Virus record (IMG/VR): IMGVR_UViG_3300047481_001036
Length of the DNA: 64,000 nucleotides
Strand: one strand, 5' to 3'
Source of the DNA: a virus
Part shown: piece by piece, positions 1-10,544 of the stretch
Numbering within the stretch: the first letter of the stretch is position 1
Layout: the number at the start of each line of letters is the position of its first letter
Translations under genes and position numbers: made by a program
Notes under the pieces: model-generated
The model's database searches: none
Told to the model about the DNA's origin: nothing
Seen by the model: only the letters and a program-made list of their open reading frames with translations

Positions 1-385
1 GCGTTACAGTATTTGTTGGAGTAATAGTTGGCGTTCTGGTGGCCGTAGGAGTACGAGTCGGAGTTAATGTCATAGACAGTGACGGAGTAATACTAGGAGT
101 TAAAGATCTAGTTGGCGTTACAGTATTTGTTGGAGTAATAGTTGGCGTTCTGGTGGCCGTAGGAGTACGAGTCGGAGTTAATGTCATAGACAGTGACGGA
201 GTAATACTAGGAGTTAAAGATCTAGTTGGCGTTACAGTATTCGTTGGAGTAGCAGTGGGTGTGACTGTTCTTGTAGGAGTAATAGTTGGCGTTACAGTAT
301 TTGTTGGAGTAATAGTTGGCGTTACAGTATTTGTTGGAGTAATAGTTGGCGTTACAGTATTTGTAGGAGTAGGAGTAGGAGTACC
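1..385. repeat. Coding tandem repeats: two exact 114-bp units (1-114, 115-228) plus about three 30-bp units encoding [10 protein letters not shown]
   Basis: gcgttacagta restarts at 1, 115 and 229; ggagtaatagttggcgttacagtatttgt recurs three times at about 276-365. Confidence 0.9.
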
Positions 386-1063
386 TGCCAATACCTGACA
401 ATCATTTCCGTTTATGTTGATAGGATCAAAGTTTGAGTCATAAGAAGCTAGACCCTTAGTTATTCTCAATTCATCAATATAACCTATAAATGAATTTCCA
501 TTTCCAAGACCTATTTCTGTAGGAGCACTGTTATTGCCTAATACATATATAGCATTATTTGTATGTGTAGATATACCATTAACAAATAATCGCGTAATAT
601 TATTTTTACAAGATAAGGCCACATGATACCACTGATCAGTAACTATAGGAGTAGTATTTGTAACACGATCTTGCTTAGAACCATTGTTTGTTGTAAAGGA
701 TATATTAAAATTTGCAGAATTCAGAGAACAACTTAACGACCAATCTCCACCATAATAACCAGAATATGCCCAATTGCCTAGTATAGTATTATTATTATTA
801 AATGTTAAATTAGTAAAATAAATCCAAAATTCTATAGTAAAATCTTCAGTACTAGATATAGTAGACAAATTATTTATTCTAATAACAGAATAACCGCTAG
901 TAAAATAAGCACTACCGGAACCAGATTTTTTAGTAGTACTATTGATAGTAGGAAATGAGTTTCCAGCTACTGATATGGTCCTATTATAAGCAGACTGGTC
1001 TGAAAATATAGAGGAACCATCTGTTCCGTCCATATTCATTTTTAATAATACATCGCATGGCAT
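2..1063 (-). CDS. LamG/concanavalin-A-like lectin domain protein with Thr/Pro-rich repeat stalk (3'-truncated by window edge); probable tail fibre/virion protein
   Basis: Not in the ORF track; hand-translated from ATG at 1063: [13 protein letters not shown]...[10 protein letters not shown]...QWYHVAL...RLFVNG...[13 protein letters not shown] (LamG motifs), then [15 protein letters not shown] repeats. Confidence 0.85.
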   Translation of the reverse strand, partial: MPCDVLLKMNMDGTDGSSIFSDQSAYNRTISVAGNSFPTINSTTKKSGSGSAYFTSGYSVIRINNLSTISSTEDFTIEFWIYFTNLTFNNNNTILGNWAYSGYYGGDWSLSCSLNSANFNISFTTNNGSKQDRVTNTTPIVTDQWYHVALSCKNNITRLFVNGISTHTNNAIYVLGNNSAPTEIGLGNGNSFIGYIDELRITKGLASYDSNFDPININGNDCQVLAGTPTPTPTNTVTPTITPTNTVTPTITPTNTVTPTITPTRTVTPTATPTNTVTPTRSLTPSITPSLSMTLTPTRTPTATRTPTITPTNTVTPTRSLTPSITPSLSMTLTPTRTPTATRTPTITPTNTVT

Positions 1064-1091
1064 TTCTTAAAGTCCTCTAAGTCCTTAAATT

Positions 1092-3785
1092 TTAATTACA
1101 TTCTGGTCCGCATCGTACCACTACAAAATTAGTAGCCTGAGCATTAGAAACGCTATTTGTTACTCTACATTCTAAAATAGCTTGTTCTCTATTGGTTAAG
1201 CTAGTAGACATAAGAGCCATAATAGAACCAGCTCCATTCTTATTTAATAGTACAGTACCACTACTAGGAGATAATACTATATTATTTGATGCTGATATCC
1301 AGTTATAACTATGAGATTCTCCAGGAACAGCACCAGTGACATTAGCAGAAATTAGTCTCGTACCAGAACAGCAATTAAGTGGTAAGGTTAATATAGGAGA
1401 TCCAGATATTGCCACAGACAAATTAGTTTCTGGTAAACAATTATTACAAACTACAGAAAAATCTTCACTGATAGTTGGTGGAGCATCACAATTCTTAGGT
1501 TCTATACTCATATTAAGCTTAAAGAATTTTTTATCTGAATTTTTATATAAGCTATTGCTTCTATAATTTAGATAAACATCTCTACTATCTATAGCACAAG
1601 ATCCGCTAGGAAAACAGAAACTAAGATCAGTTTGTACTAATTTATTAGAAGTAACAGCCAAGAACTCTCCTGACTGCTTAGATACTACCATAGGCCAATT
1701 GCCGTCTAATCCGGTAATAGTATATGTATACTCTTGACCAGGAATTAAATTACTAACAGTAGTAGTAAGCTGATAGTTATTATTGCCGGGCCCAGACAAT
1801 GTTTCTCCTAATGATCCATGATTGATACTAATTTTGGGCAAACAATCAACACACATAACCATCATTTCATTACTACTATATGTAGCATTATCACAATCTG
1901 TGGGTTGAATTTCTAATTTTAATCTTGTATGTTTATCGCTATCAACCATAGCAGCATAGCATGATGCATCTAGGTTATTGGTGAGAACTTTATCATCTGT
2001 TGGAGGACATACGCCGGTAGATACACAGAAAGTTAGCGATGCTGGAATACTCTCTTCTGTACGATCAGCTACAAAAGATCCACTAACAGGATAAATAGCG
2101 GCTGGCCAATTAGCTTCTATGCCTCTAAAATTATAGTTATATGTGGTACCCGCCACAAGATTGGACAGATTTGCTGTAAAATTCAATATATTTTTGGATG
2201 TCTTATCCAAAGCAACCAAGGAAGGTAATACTGCTTGTGCTTTTGGTATACAATCATCACATACTAAATATAATTCATTACTATCAACGGAAACAGTATC
2301 TTCACAACCAATTTGAGTAATCGTTAATTTACTTCTTACAATTTTATCTAAGCAATTATTATCTATAATATATTCCAAAACATTCTCATTAGATGATGGA
2401 CAAACGCCCGTGCTTCTACAAAAAGTAGCCGTAAAAGGAATAGTGATATCGGAAGATTTAGCAACAAAAGTACCGTTCGCAGGATATAATATGAGAGGCC
2501 AATTAGCATCAGTACTAGTGAATTCATAGTTGTATGTTGAACCGACAACTAAATTAGATACATTTGCAGAAAAATTGAAAGTATTTTTAGTATTCGAATC
2601 TAGCTTTTGTGTTGCAGGAATGTTGGCTGTGAGTTCGGGTATACAATCGTTACATACCACCATAAGCTCATTACTACTAAAAGACACAGGGTCATCACAA
2701 TCTAGTTGTGTAATCTGTAATTTAGTACGCACTAATTTATCTAAACATTCATTGTCTAATGCATAAGATAGGGTATCATCATTAGCACACAAGCCTGTAG
2801 CTCTACAAAACATAAGCTTGGTAGGAATATCTACATTGGCTGATGCTGAAGAAACTATGCCACTAATTGGGTATACAGTGACTGGCCAATTAGAATCAAT
2901 ACTACTAAATACATAAGAATACGATGCTCCGGGAACCAATCCTCTTAGTTCTGTATTAAATGAAACTTTATTAGTATCATTCAATTCTAATATTGTTGGT
3001 ATAGATGCTGATGGTTTTTTAATACAATCTTTACATACAACAGAAACATTGCTTTTTGTTGATGTTTGAAAACTGTTGCCTCCAACAGTCTCCACTGTTA
3101 ATTGTAATACTGAGTATAGTTCTTCTTTATTAGCACAATTCTCTAGAGTTCTATATGGTAATGTTACAGAGTCAGAGCATCCATCTATAGAAGGACAAAA
3201 AGATACAATAGCATTAATAGTATAATCACTATTCGGTGTTTGAATATATCCAGACATTGGTAAAATTTTCACGGGCCAATTAGCATCTAGACCAGTAAAA
3301 GTATATCTATATAGTTGATTAGGAATTAAACCAGAAACCGTAGTAGATAATGTAGTACTATTTCCAGATACATCATCTAGAATAACATTATCAGATGATG
3401 CTCCTAGTTTCGGTAAACAATCATCGCACTCTACTGAACAAGGATAGGTAAATACAACTTTACCTGTGGATTTTTCTGTGACAGACAAGCCCATGACAGA
3501 GTACAGACTCTCTGGACCCACATCCAATCCCGGAACCGAAATGTCCGTATTAGGAGTATTAAAAAATACTGTTGGATCAGTGGGAGGACAATAGCCTGTA
3601 GCTGGACAAAAATAGGCAAAAGTTTTGATGTCGTATATGGTATCTTTATTAGTGACAAAAAATTCACCAGACAGCGGGGATACTCTAATAGGCCAATTCC
3701 CTCCTTTATTAGCAAAAGAAAAGGAGTATTGCTCATATGGTTTTAATCCACTTACTCTAACATCGATAGGTTTAACGTTTGACAT
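1092..3785 (-). CDS. Virion/tail protein made of about 7 Cys-rich ~130-aa repeats
   Basis: 897 aa; repeated NWPxxxxPxSG ... FCxxxGxC ... CxDC units. Confidence 0.75.
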   Translation of the reverse strand: MSNVKPIDVRVSGLKPYEQYSFSFANKGGNWPIRVSPLSGEFFVTNKDTIYDIKTFAYFCPATGYCPPTDPTVFFNTPNTDISVPGLDVGPESLYSVMGLSVTEKSTGKVVFTYPCSVECDDCLPKLGASSDNVILDDVSGNSTTLSTTVSGLIPNQLYRYTFTGLDANWPVKILPMSGYIQTPNSDYTINAIVSFCPSIDGCSDSVTLPYRTLENCANKEELYSVLQLTVETVGGNSFQTSTKSNVSVVCKDCIKKPSASIPTILELNDTNKVSFNTELRGLVPGASYSYVFSSIDSNWPVTVYPISGIVSSASANVDIPTKLMFCRATGLCANDDTLSYALDNECLDKLVRTKLQITQLDCDDPVSFSSNELMVVCNDCIPELTANIPATQKLDSNTKNTFNFSANVSNLVVGSTYNYEFTSTDANWPLILYPANGTFVAKSSDITIPFTATFCRSTGVCPSSNENVLEYIIDNNCLDKIVRSKLTITQIGCEDTVSVDSNELYLVCDDCIPKAQAVLPSLVALDKTSKNILNFTANLSNLVAGTTYNYNFRGIEANWPAAIYPVSGSFVADRTEESIPASLTFCVSTGVCPPTDDKVLTNNLDASCYAAMVDSDKHTRLKLEIQPTDCDNATYSSNEMMVMCVDCLPKISINHGSLGETLSGPGNNNYQLTTTVSNLIPGQEYTYTITGLDGNWPMVVSKQSGEFLAVTSNKLVQTDLSFCFPSGSCAIDSRDVYLNYRSNSLYKNSDKKFFKLNMSIEPKNCDAPPTISEDFSVVCNNCLPETNLSVAISGSPILTLPLNCCSGTRLISANVTGAVPGESHSYNWISASNNIVLSPSSGTVLLNKNGAGSIMALMSTSLTNREQAILECRVTNSVSNAQATNFVVVRCGPECN

Positions 3786-3811
3786 ATTAATTTTCTCTGG
3801 TTTGGGAACTA

Positions 3812-5212
3812 TTATTTTATAATAACAGGATTATAGGGTTGCACACAGTCCGTACATTCTAAAGCCAATGTATTAGAAACGTACTCAACATTAGAATCTA
3901 TATCTTTAACTACTGCTTGTAATATAATAGAAGGCTTATATATCTCGTCAAATTGTCTATATAAAGTATCTACCATAACATATGGTAGTACACCTTTTTG
4001 GCCGCTAGGACAAATTCCGGAATGTACACAAAACATGCCGTCTAAACTAGCATAAGACAAGCTCGTTGGATCATTTTCTGATACATATAGTATATCTTTA
4101 TCTGGCACAACAATAAAAGGCCAATCAGACCTAAGTGCTCTTAACTCATAAGTATATGCTATATTTTTAGGTAAATTATTAAGATTAATTTGTAGAGGTA
4201 TTTTTTGGTTAGTAGCAAACGACTTTGTTGTGTTTGGAGCAATCATACTATTATTGGTAGTCGATTGAACAACGTTAGGTGACGTATACAATGAAATGGT
4301 AGGTCTAACAACACAATCATCGCATCTAACAATCATTTGATTACTATAATACGTAGGCTCGAATGATGAGTGAGGTTCTAGTTTAACTCTTAAAATAGCT
4401 ATCATATCCATATCTTTTGATGGATCACAATTAGTAAAAGCATATTCTGGTCCGCCACTAGGAGCACTTAAAATACTGAAATCTAGATTATCCAAATCCG
4501 AAGGATCTATAGGATTTGGACAAAATCGTAACTTCGTTGGGATAGTAATATTATCTGTGTTGGCTACTATTGTTCCGCTCACTGGAAATACTGAAACTGG
4601 CCAATTACTCATATCATTAGTAATAGTATAATTATATTTACTGCTTCTCCAAGTATTAGATTTGAGATTAGAGATTTCGATATCGAACTGACTAGTCAAC
4701 TTGTCTGTATCAAAATCTGTAACAGTCTCTGAAACCAATGATAAAGCACCCAAGCCGGAACCACTAGGCTTAGGAGTAGTACTTGATGGAGTTGCATTAG
4801 AAAATGTTTTACCAGAATTTAATGATAAAAATGATGGGATAGTTACAATAGGCTGAGTTATACAATCTTGGCAATCTACCAATTTTTCTTTAGAAAACAC
4901 AGCATCAGATCCACTAGTTCCTTTTTCAAAAATCTTAGCTCTAATTATAGTAAACAAATTATTATTATTAATCATAGAACTATAGTCTATATTATAGTTC
5001 ATAACATCAGGATTAGAGTCTGGACATACAGAAGCATCGGAACAAAATAATACCTGAGCATCAATAGATCCTGTTTTAGATGAAGCTACGAATGAGCCAG
5101 AAGACGGAACAACCACAACAGGCCAATTGCCTCCTACGCTCTCTATTTCATAGCTATAGTCTAATCTTCTGATAAGACCTTTGTATTCTAGTTTTACACC
5201 TGATGGTTTCAT
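3812..5212 (-). CDS. Virion protein with 3 copies of the same Cys-rich repeat
   Basis: 466 aa; NWP/DWP and CxDC motifs x3. Confidence 0.7.
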   Translation of the reverse strand: MKPSGVKLEYKGLIRRLDYSYEIESVGGNWPVVVVPSSGSFVASSKTGSIDAQVLFCSDASVCPDSNPDVMNYNIDYSSMINNNNLFTIIRAKIFEKGTSGSDAVFSKEKLVDCQDCITQPIVTIPSFLSLNSGKTFSNATPSSTTPKPSGSGLGALSLVSETVTDFDTDKLTSQFDIEISNLKSNTWRSSKYNYTITNDMSNWPVSVFPVSGTIVANTDNITIPTKLRFCPNPIDPSDLDNLDFSILSAPSGGPEYAFTNCDPSKDMDMIAILRVKLEPHSSFEPTYYSNQMIVRCDDCVVRPTISLYTSPNVVQSTTNNSMIAPNTTKSFATNQKIPLQINLNNLPKNIAYTYELRALRSDWPFIVVPDKDILYVSENDPTSLSYASLDGMFCVHSGICPSGQKGVLPYVMVDTLYRQFDEIYKPSIILQAVVKDIDSNVEYVSNTLALECTDCVQPYNPVIIK

Positions 5213-5223
5213 GTTATTCCTAA

Positions 5224-6423
5224 TTAGTTAATATAACGAATGTTAATGGGTTTACTGTAAATTGTTTCAGAATCGCAATCAGTTTTGGTCAATGAAGCCT
5301 GTAAAATAACACTATAGATAGCTGAGCCAGTTAAAAACTTAGGATAATTAGGCACAGAATAATTTGGTACGCCGTTTTGGTTCGGTGGACATAATCCTGT
5401 AGTAGGACAAAAAACTATCTTTCCTCCGATAAAGGGAATATCAGTAGATGATCTAAGCTTGATAGTGCCACTAGTAGGAGCAGCAAAAACCACAGGCCAA
5501 TCTGCTTTTACTACATTGATAGTATAGTTATATGTTTTTTCTATCTCTAAATTAGAGAAGCTTAAAGAGAAAGGATAATTAGGCAAGTCTGCATTGTCAT
5601 CTTCTGACTCTTTGATCTCTGTGATTTCTGGTCCCACAATAGATACAGCTGCTTTAGGTAAACAATCTTTACACTCTATGGTAAACTGATTACTAAGTAC
5701 TTCTGGGCCTTCATATGAAACCGGAGAAATTGACAATTGCATAGTTATAGATTTTTCATTAGAACTGGACAAAGAGCATACGGGAGGTAATTGATACGGC
5801 AAAACATTAGTATCGCAATTGCCAGTAGTAGGACAAAATCCTATTACCGCATCTAACGTTGTTGTAGATGATGCTGGTTTGATTATTCCAGATATGTTAT
5901 TTATACTGACGGGCCAGTTGGAAGATACTGTTTTAAACTCGTACTTATATTCTTCATATGGCTGAAGATTTTCAATTTTGGGAGCAAATGCATACTTATA
6001 CTGAGAAGTTAATCCTGTTCCCATAACACTGCTAGGAGCAACAACAGGTAATACTCTGGCGTCGGTGAATCCTAGTAATAATCCACCAATGGCAGGAATA
6101 CGCAGAGGGATAGCACTATCTTCTCTAACTATAAAATAGTATGCTGATTTAGAATCTAATTGAGTTAAATCAGAATCAGGATGAGGAACATAATAATATT
6201 GTGCATTCCCAAGAGAATCCACAATTTGAATTCTTTGAGTCCAAAACTTAGGAATTGTGCCGTCTAATTTTTGACTACCATATATAGTGTCAATAGACTG
6301 AATAAATCGGTCATATTCTACTCTCTGAGCAGATCCTGGCTGTAATGAAACGGGAACTTCTTTTAGTTTTAACGGCTCTTTGCCAGTATAATATGTGATA
6401 AAAAATTGGCTATTTATAATCAT
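5224..6423 (-). CDS. Virion protein with 2 copies of the Cys-rich repeat
   Basis: 399 aa; SNWPV and ADWPV units, each followed by FCPTTG. Confidence 0.7.
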   Translation of the reverse strand: MIINSQFFITYYTGKEPLKLKEVPVSLQPGSAQRVEYDRFIQSIDTIYGSQKLDGTIPKFWTQRIQIVDSLGNAQYYYVPHPDSDLTQLDSKSAYYFIVREDSAIPLRIPAIGGLLLGFTDARVLPVVAPSSVMGTGLTSQYKYAFAPKIENLQPYEEYKYEFKTVSSNWPVSINNISGIIKPASSTTTLDAVIGFCPTTGNCDTNVLPYQLPPVCSLSSSNEKSITMQLSISPVSYEGPEVLSNQFTIECKDCLPKAAVSIVGPEITEIKESEDDNADLPNYPFSLSFSNLEIEKTYNYTINVVKADWPVVFAAPTSGTIKLRSSTDIPFIGGKIVFCPTTGLCPPNQNGVPNYSVPNYPKFLTGSAIYSVILQASLTKTDCDSETIYSKPINIRYIN

Positions 6424-6499
6424 AAAAAACTGATTACAGCTCCCTTATAAAATGAATTATATTACTAATTACACCATTAGATCTCGACCATGATCTTTA

Positions 6500-7405
6500 T
6501 TATGATATTGCTTGCGAAGCACAAATAGAATCGCGCATTACTCTTCCTCCCAATTTAATAATGCTAACGTCTGGAATAGGCATAGGATCATCAGAAGCCA
6601 ATAATAATGAGGAATTTTTAATTGGCAATAATATAACAGTATCGGAATTTTGGTCAATATCAAAAGGCACAAATCTAGTTATTAATTTATTATTAGCTAT
6701 ATATGTCCAATTATTAGATTGATCTAATACAGTATAAGTTGATATTACGGATCTTTTTAATAAAGTATTAGGATCCACACATCCTGTTTGTCTAATAAAT
6801 TCGAATGTGCCTGTACTACTAATATTGTTAGGTATAGTTATAGACTTATTTAATTCAACATCTGTAGCATTAATAATAGTAGTAATATAATATATATCAT
6901 TTGTTGGTATGCCGGGACCTTTAACGATCATACCTATATCTAATTGTGCAGTATTGCCTGATAGACTTCCGTTAGTGATAGTATTTAATCTAACAATAGA
7001 ACCTCCTTTGGGTCCCAAATTATTAGTACTATTTATTGGTAATAAAGTAGCCGATAGTTCTGTCACTGACTGAGGCACACAAATAATCATTGTATAATCG
7101 CGATATAAAATTGTATTTAATACATCTTTTATAGTTAATCTGATTAATGTTTTGGTCTCGGCTCTATGCAAAGACTTAATCTTTACAAAAGTTTTTGGGG
7201 CTAAATTTTGTCTACCAAAAATAACATAAGAACCATTAGATGGTTCGAATGAAACTGTAGTCGGTGGATCTGTGGGTAAGGATACAGGAGCATCAAATGT
7301 TAATACATATTGATCTTTTGGAGCTATGCCTCCTGATGGAAGAGTAAAAGGTAAAACGAAACCCTTTTCTCCTTCTTCTAAGCTATATTTGATAGTTCTA
7401 ATCAT
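6500..7405 (-). CDS. Hypothetical tail-region protein
   Basis: 301-aa beta-rich ORF in tail operon. Confidence 0.6.
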   Translation of the reverse strand: MIRTIKYSLEEGEKGFVLPFTLPSGGIAPKDQYVLTFDAPVSLPTDPPTTVSFEPSNGSYVIFGRQNLAPKTFVKIKSLHRAETKTLIRLTIKDVLNTILYRDYTMIICVPQSVTELSATLLPINSTNNLGPKGGSIVRLNTITNGSLSGNTAQLDIGMIVKGPGIPTNDIYYITTIINATDVELNKSITIPNNISSTGTFEFIRQTGCVDPNTLLKRSVISTYTVLDQSNNWTYIANNKLITRFVPFDIDQNSDTVILLPIKNSSLLLASDDPMPIPDVSIIKLGGRVMRDSICASQAIS

Positions 7406-7419
7406 AAATTTACCATAAA

Positions 7420-7995
7420 TTATACATTAGTAGATAGGCATTTTAAAATAATAATTTTTTCTAATAATTTCTTATTATCTGTTTTAGAAGATACAGCAAA
7501 CTTAAATATACTAATATCATTTTGATTATTGGCTATGCTTAAATTAATAGGAACAGTAGCTTTACGTACTGTTCTGGTTTGCGGAGAAGAGTTCCCTCCA
7601 TTAGCATTTGGGGGGATTGTCATAGCGTAATCCACATATTGTGGAGTTTGAACATTAATATCCGAAGCATTGCTATTATTAGTTAGTTCTGTTAGTTCAA
7701 ATGTATATTCATGAGGGTCTACTTTTAAAGCAGACACCACGAATACCAGGATTGCTCCGGAACAACAAAAATTATCGACATTATCATTCGTAATCAGATT
7801 ATTTTCATAGTATAAATCGATAGTCGGTAATGGATCAAAACAGATTTTTTGACCAATAAATTCGATAATAGAACCGTCAACGATCTTAGTATAAAGTTTG
7901 CCTGTTACACTATTCATAACCAATTCTCCGACGTCTAGCTGATCTGGACTAGGAAAGCCAGTACTGGTTGAATCTCTCTTTAATAATAATTTCAT
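7420..7995 (-). CDS. Tail-fibre-like protein with N-terminal phage fibre attachment motif
   Basis: Likely start MKLLLKR at 7995 (4-bp overlap with upstream stop); LKRxxxxxxxPxxxQLDVGELVMNxxxGKLY resembles fibre/Mtd-type N-termini. Confidence 0.6.
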   Translation of the reverse strand: MKLLLKRDSTSTGFPSPDQLDVGELVMNSVTGKLYTKIVDGSIIEFIGQKICFDPLPTIDLYYENNLITNDNVDNFCCSGAILVFVVSALKVDPHEYTFELTELTNNSNASDINVQTPQYVDYAMTIPPNANGGNSSPQTRTVRKATVPINLSIANNQNDISIFKFAVSSKTDNKKLLEKIIILKCLSTNV

Positions 7996-10532
7996 AGTTG
8001 ACACACTCCTGTGAATAATACAGATCCGAAGTCCCAATTGCTTAATACATCATTGCGTTTATCTTCTTCTTTTTTCTCTTCTTCTGGATCAATTTCTATA
8101 ATTAGATTACTAGCACTCTTTAGATAAGCATATGCTCCTTGACCATTATTATTCCATGCTGAGATTCTATAATAATAGTCTATAGCAGAGACTGATCCTG
8201 TGATTAGTTCTCCGACTTCTGTTATCAATGCGCTTGGTTCATTATACCAATACCAAGTATTCCCATTATCAATAGATTCTTCAATAGTATATCCTAATAT
8301 CACTCCATCAGATCCAGCTTGTGGCTGATCCCATGTTAACTGAATATTAGAAAATTCTGTTTCATCGAAAGCTCTACTAGCCACAAAATTTGGAGGAGCT
8401 TTAGGTACAGAACTTCCAACCACTATTGTATTAGAAGAATCAGAATAATTACCAACTCCAACCTTATTTTGCGCAGCAACTCTGAACCTATACTGAACTA
8501 ACTGTGATAATCCTGTAATGGTGGCCGATAGAGTAGTGGGGGAGGCTGAGTTTACTCCATATAAATTATTGGGTATATCAGTCCAAGACTCTCCGTTATT
8601 AATAGAAAATTGTATTAGATAAGCGATGACTTTTTCTCCGCCATCAGAAACTGGTGCCGACCAGACGATTGAGGCTTCTCCATTACCTATACCATTTTGG
8701 TGGCCTGGATCTAATCTTACATTTAATGGTTTGCCTGGAGCAGTCGCATTGGTTTTTGGTATTCTCGAAATAATCTTTCCAGATCTGTCTAAAGTTAATA
8801 GAGCATTAGCAATGTACTCTCCTTGATTATTCTCTAATGGTTTGGGTCTAAGATACAACCCTTCCGTAATAATATTATTACTATATAACACACTACCAAT
8901 AGTCACATCTGCATAATAACTAATATATCCCGTAGCCGTCACATTATTAACCACACCAGTACCGGAAGGTATAGTATCAATAATATAAGGATCATTAGTA
9001 TTAATACTAATCTTAGCATTATAATCGAAATCCCAACCCGTTGGAGTAACCCTGGATCTATCTATATATTTGCTAAATATAACACCAGAACTAATATTAC
9101 CGCTCACAGCATTTGGAATATTGGCGTGTACTCTGAAAGCAGGAATTAAACCGGTTGGGGTGCTGGAATCGTCTAGATCAAATAAGCTTTCTTCATAGTT
9201 ATTAAATTGGGTTTTTCTTTCTCCATATATAATAAAATCAATATTTTCTGCTAACTTATTAAATGATGTATTAACATTTGGTCTAATACTAATAGTGTTC
9301 ATAGTACTAGGTTTAAACTTAAATACCGGACTTTGTTCCGGATTGGCTGGGATGGTGGCCGGATCGTCTGGATCTACGCAATTAAATCTATACTTAGCAT
9401 CTTTACCAAGCTGCATATCCAAGTATCCTCCCCGATTTACAGACCAAGCATAACCATTACCAGAACCAATAGGAGATCCAGTATTATTGCCTCCGGCCCA
9501 TGTGGCATTAATAGGCTCTGGAGGACATAATTTAACAGCTAGTCCGTCTTGCAGTGGGGCTTCTTCTCCTAGTGGATCATAAGGGTCTTTAAATTGTACC
9601 TCTTCATACAAAAAAGTAATAGGAGTAGTGATGTCAGGATTAGTGTCATCTACAATATATCTGATCTGTGAAGCAAACTTAACATAACCAGATAATCTAT
9701 CGTCATCTCTTAAAATTTCAATTGTATCTTTACCATCGCCCATTTCGATATCTAATTTTTCAACAGTTGGAGCATCGACCCAATCTTGAGCCCAGTCTGG
9801 CTTACTTAGATAAAAGATCATTGTATTTTTATCTTCATCAAACTTTACTGGTCTTTTTGGATATCGATTCCATAAAACTCCGTCTGCCTTGAGATACGGA
9901 GCGGGCACCCATTTCGCTGGCTCATCTTTACCCATATGAGTTAAGATGCTATCTTTGTATCCTGCTAAATTAGGATATATTTGCACATCTTGTTTAAAAA
10001 TAGCATTACCATCTATTTCTACTTTGGCAGGAATCGTCGTTGCGGATTCTCCTGAACCTACTACTGTTTGTGGTATAAATTGCACGGGAGTGAATACTGA
10101 TAATGCCTTAACATCTCCAGACGGTATACCTAGTGCTCCAAAAGGCTGCGAAGGCATAGTTAATTTATTAATGCCAGTATTATATACTAACAAATCTCCC
10201 GGTATGCCCGCCGCATTCTCATCGTCCGCCTTGTATAAAACGGCGCCTGTTGGACCAGGGTAAATAGGCACAATATTTCCACTATAATCTATCTTATGAT
10301 AACGAATAGCATGAGCATCATGCGCACGAAAACCACTAGCATCTACTGGACCAGTGCTAATTAAACGAATACCAGAACCTCCCACTAGCCACATAATGCC
10401 ACTAGCAGATAGTTGTACGTTTTTATCTCCTAAAATATTAAAATATTTACCATCAACTTTTTTGTTGCCGGTATTGATATTAACGCCGTCCCAATCTTCG
10501 GGACCAAGTATTGTATACCATTCGTTACTCAT
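7992..10532 (-). CDS. Tail protein with two C-terminal fibronectin type III domains
   Basis: APGKPLNV...IVWSAPVSDGG...YLIQFS...YRFRVAAQNKVGVG and a second YYYRISAWNNNGQG. Confidence 0.8.
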   Translation of the reverse strand: MSNEWYTILGPEDWDGVNINTGNKKVDGKYFNILGDKNVQLSASGIMWLVGGSGIRLISTGPVDASGFRAHDAHAIRYHKIDYSGNIVPIYPGPTGAVLYKADDENAAGIPGDLLVYNTGINKLTMPSQPFGALGIPSGDVKALSVFTPVQFIPQTVVGSGESATTIPAKVEIDGNAIFKQDVQIYPNLAGYKDSILTHMGKDEPAKWVPAPYLKADGVLWNRYPKRPVKFDEDKNTMIFYLSKPDWAQDWVDAPTVEKLDIEMGDGKDTIEILRDDDRLSGYVKFASQIRYIVDDTNPDITTPITFLYEEVQFKDPYDPLGEEAPLQDGLAVKLCPPEPINATWAGGNNTGSPIGSGNGYAWSVNRGGYLDMQLGKDAKYRFNCVDPDDPATIPANPEQSPVFKFKPSTMNTISIRPNVNTSFNKLAENIDFIIYGERKTQFNNYEESLFDLDDSSTPTGLIPAFRVHANIPNAVSGNISSGVIFSKYIDRSRVTPTGWDFDYNAKISINTNDPYIIDTIPSGTGVVNNVTATGYISYYADVTIGSVLYSNNIITEGLYLRPKPLENNQGEYIANALLTLDRSGKIISRIPKTNATAPGKPLNVRLDPGHQNGIGNGEASIVWSAPVSDGGEKVIAYLIQFSINNGESWTDIPNNLYGVNSASPTTLSATITGLSQLVQYRFRVAAQNKVGVGNYSDSSNTIVVGSSVPKAPPNFVASRAFDETEFSNIQLTWDQPQAGSDGVILGYTIEESIDNGNTWYWYNEPSALITEVGELITGSVSAIDYYYRISAWNNNGQGAYAYLKSASNLIIEIDPEEEKKEEDKRNDVLSNWDFGSVLFTGVCQL

Positions 10533-10544
10533 AATTATTTCCTA

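Noticed and set aside
39-398. Plus-strand Val/Gly-rich ORF
   Set aside because: Antisense shadow of the Thr/Pro repeats of the minus-strand LamG gene
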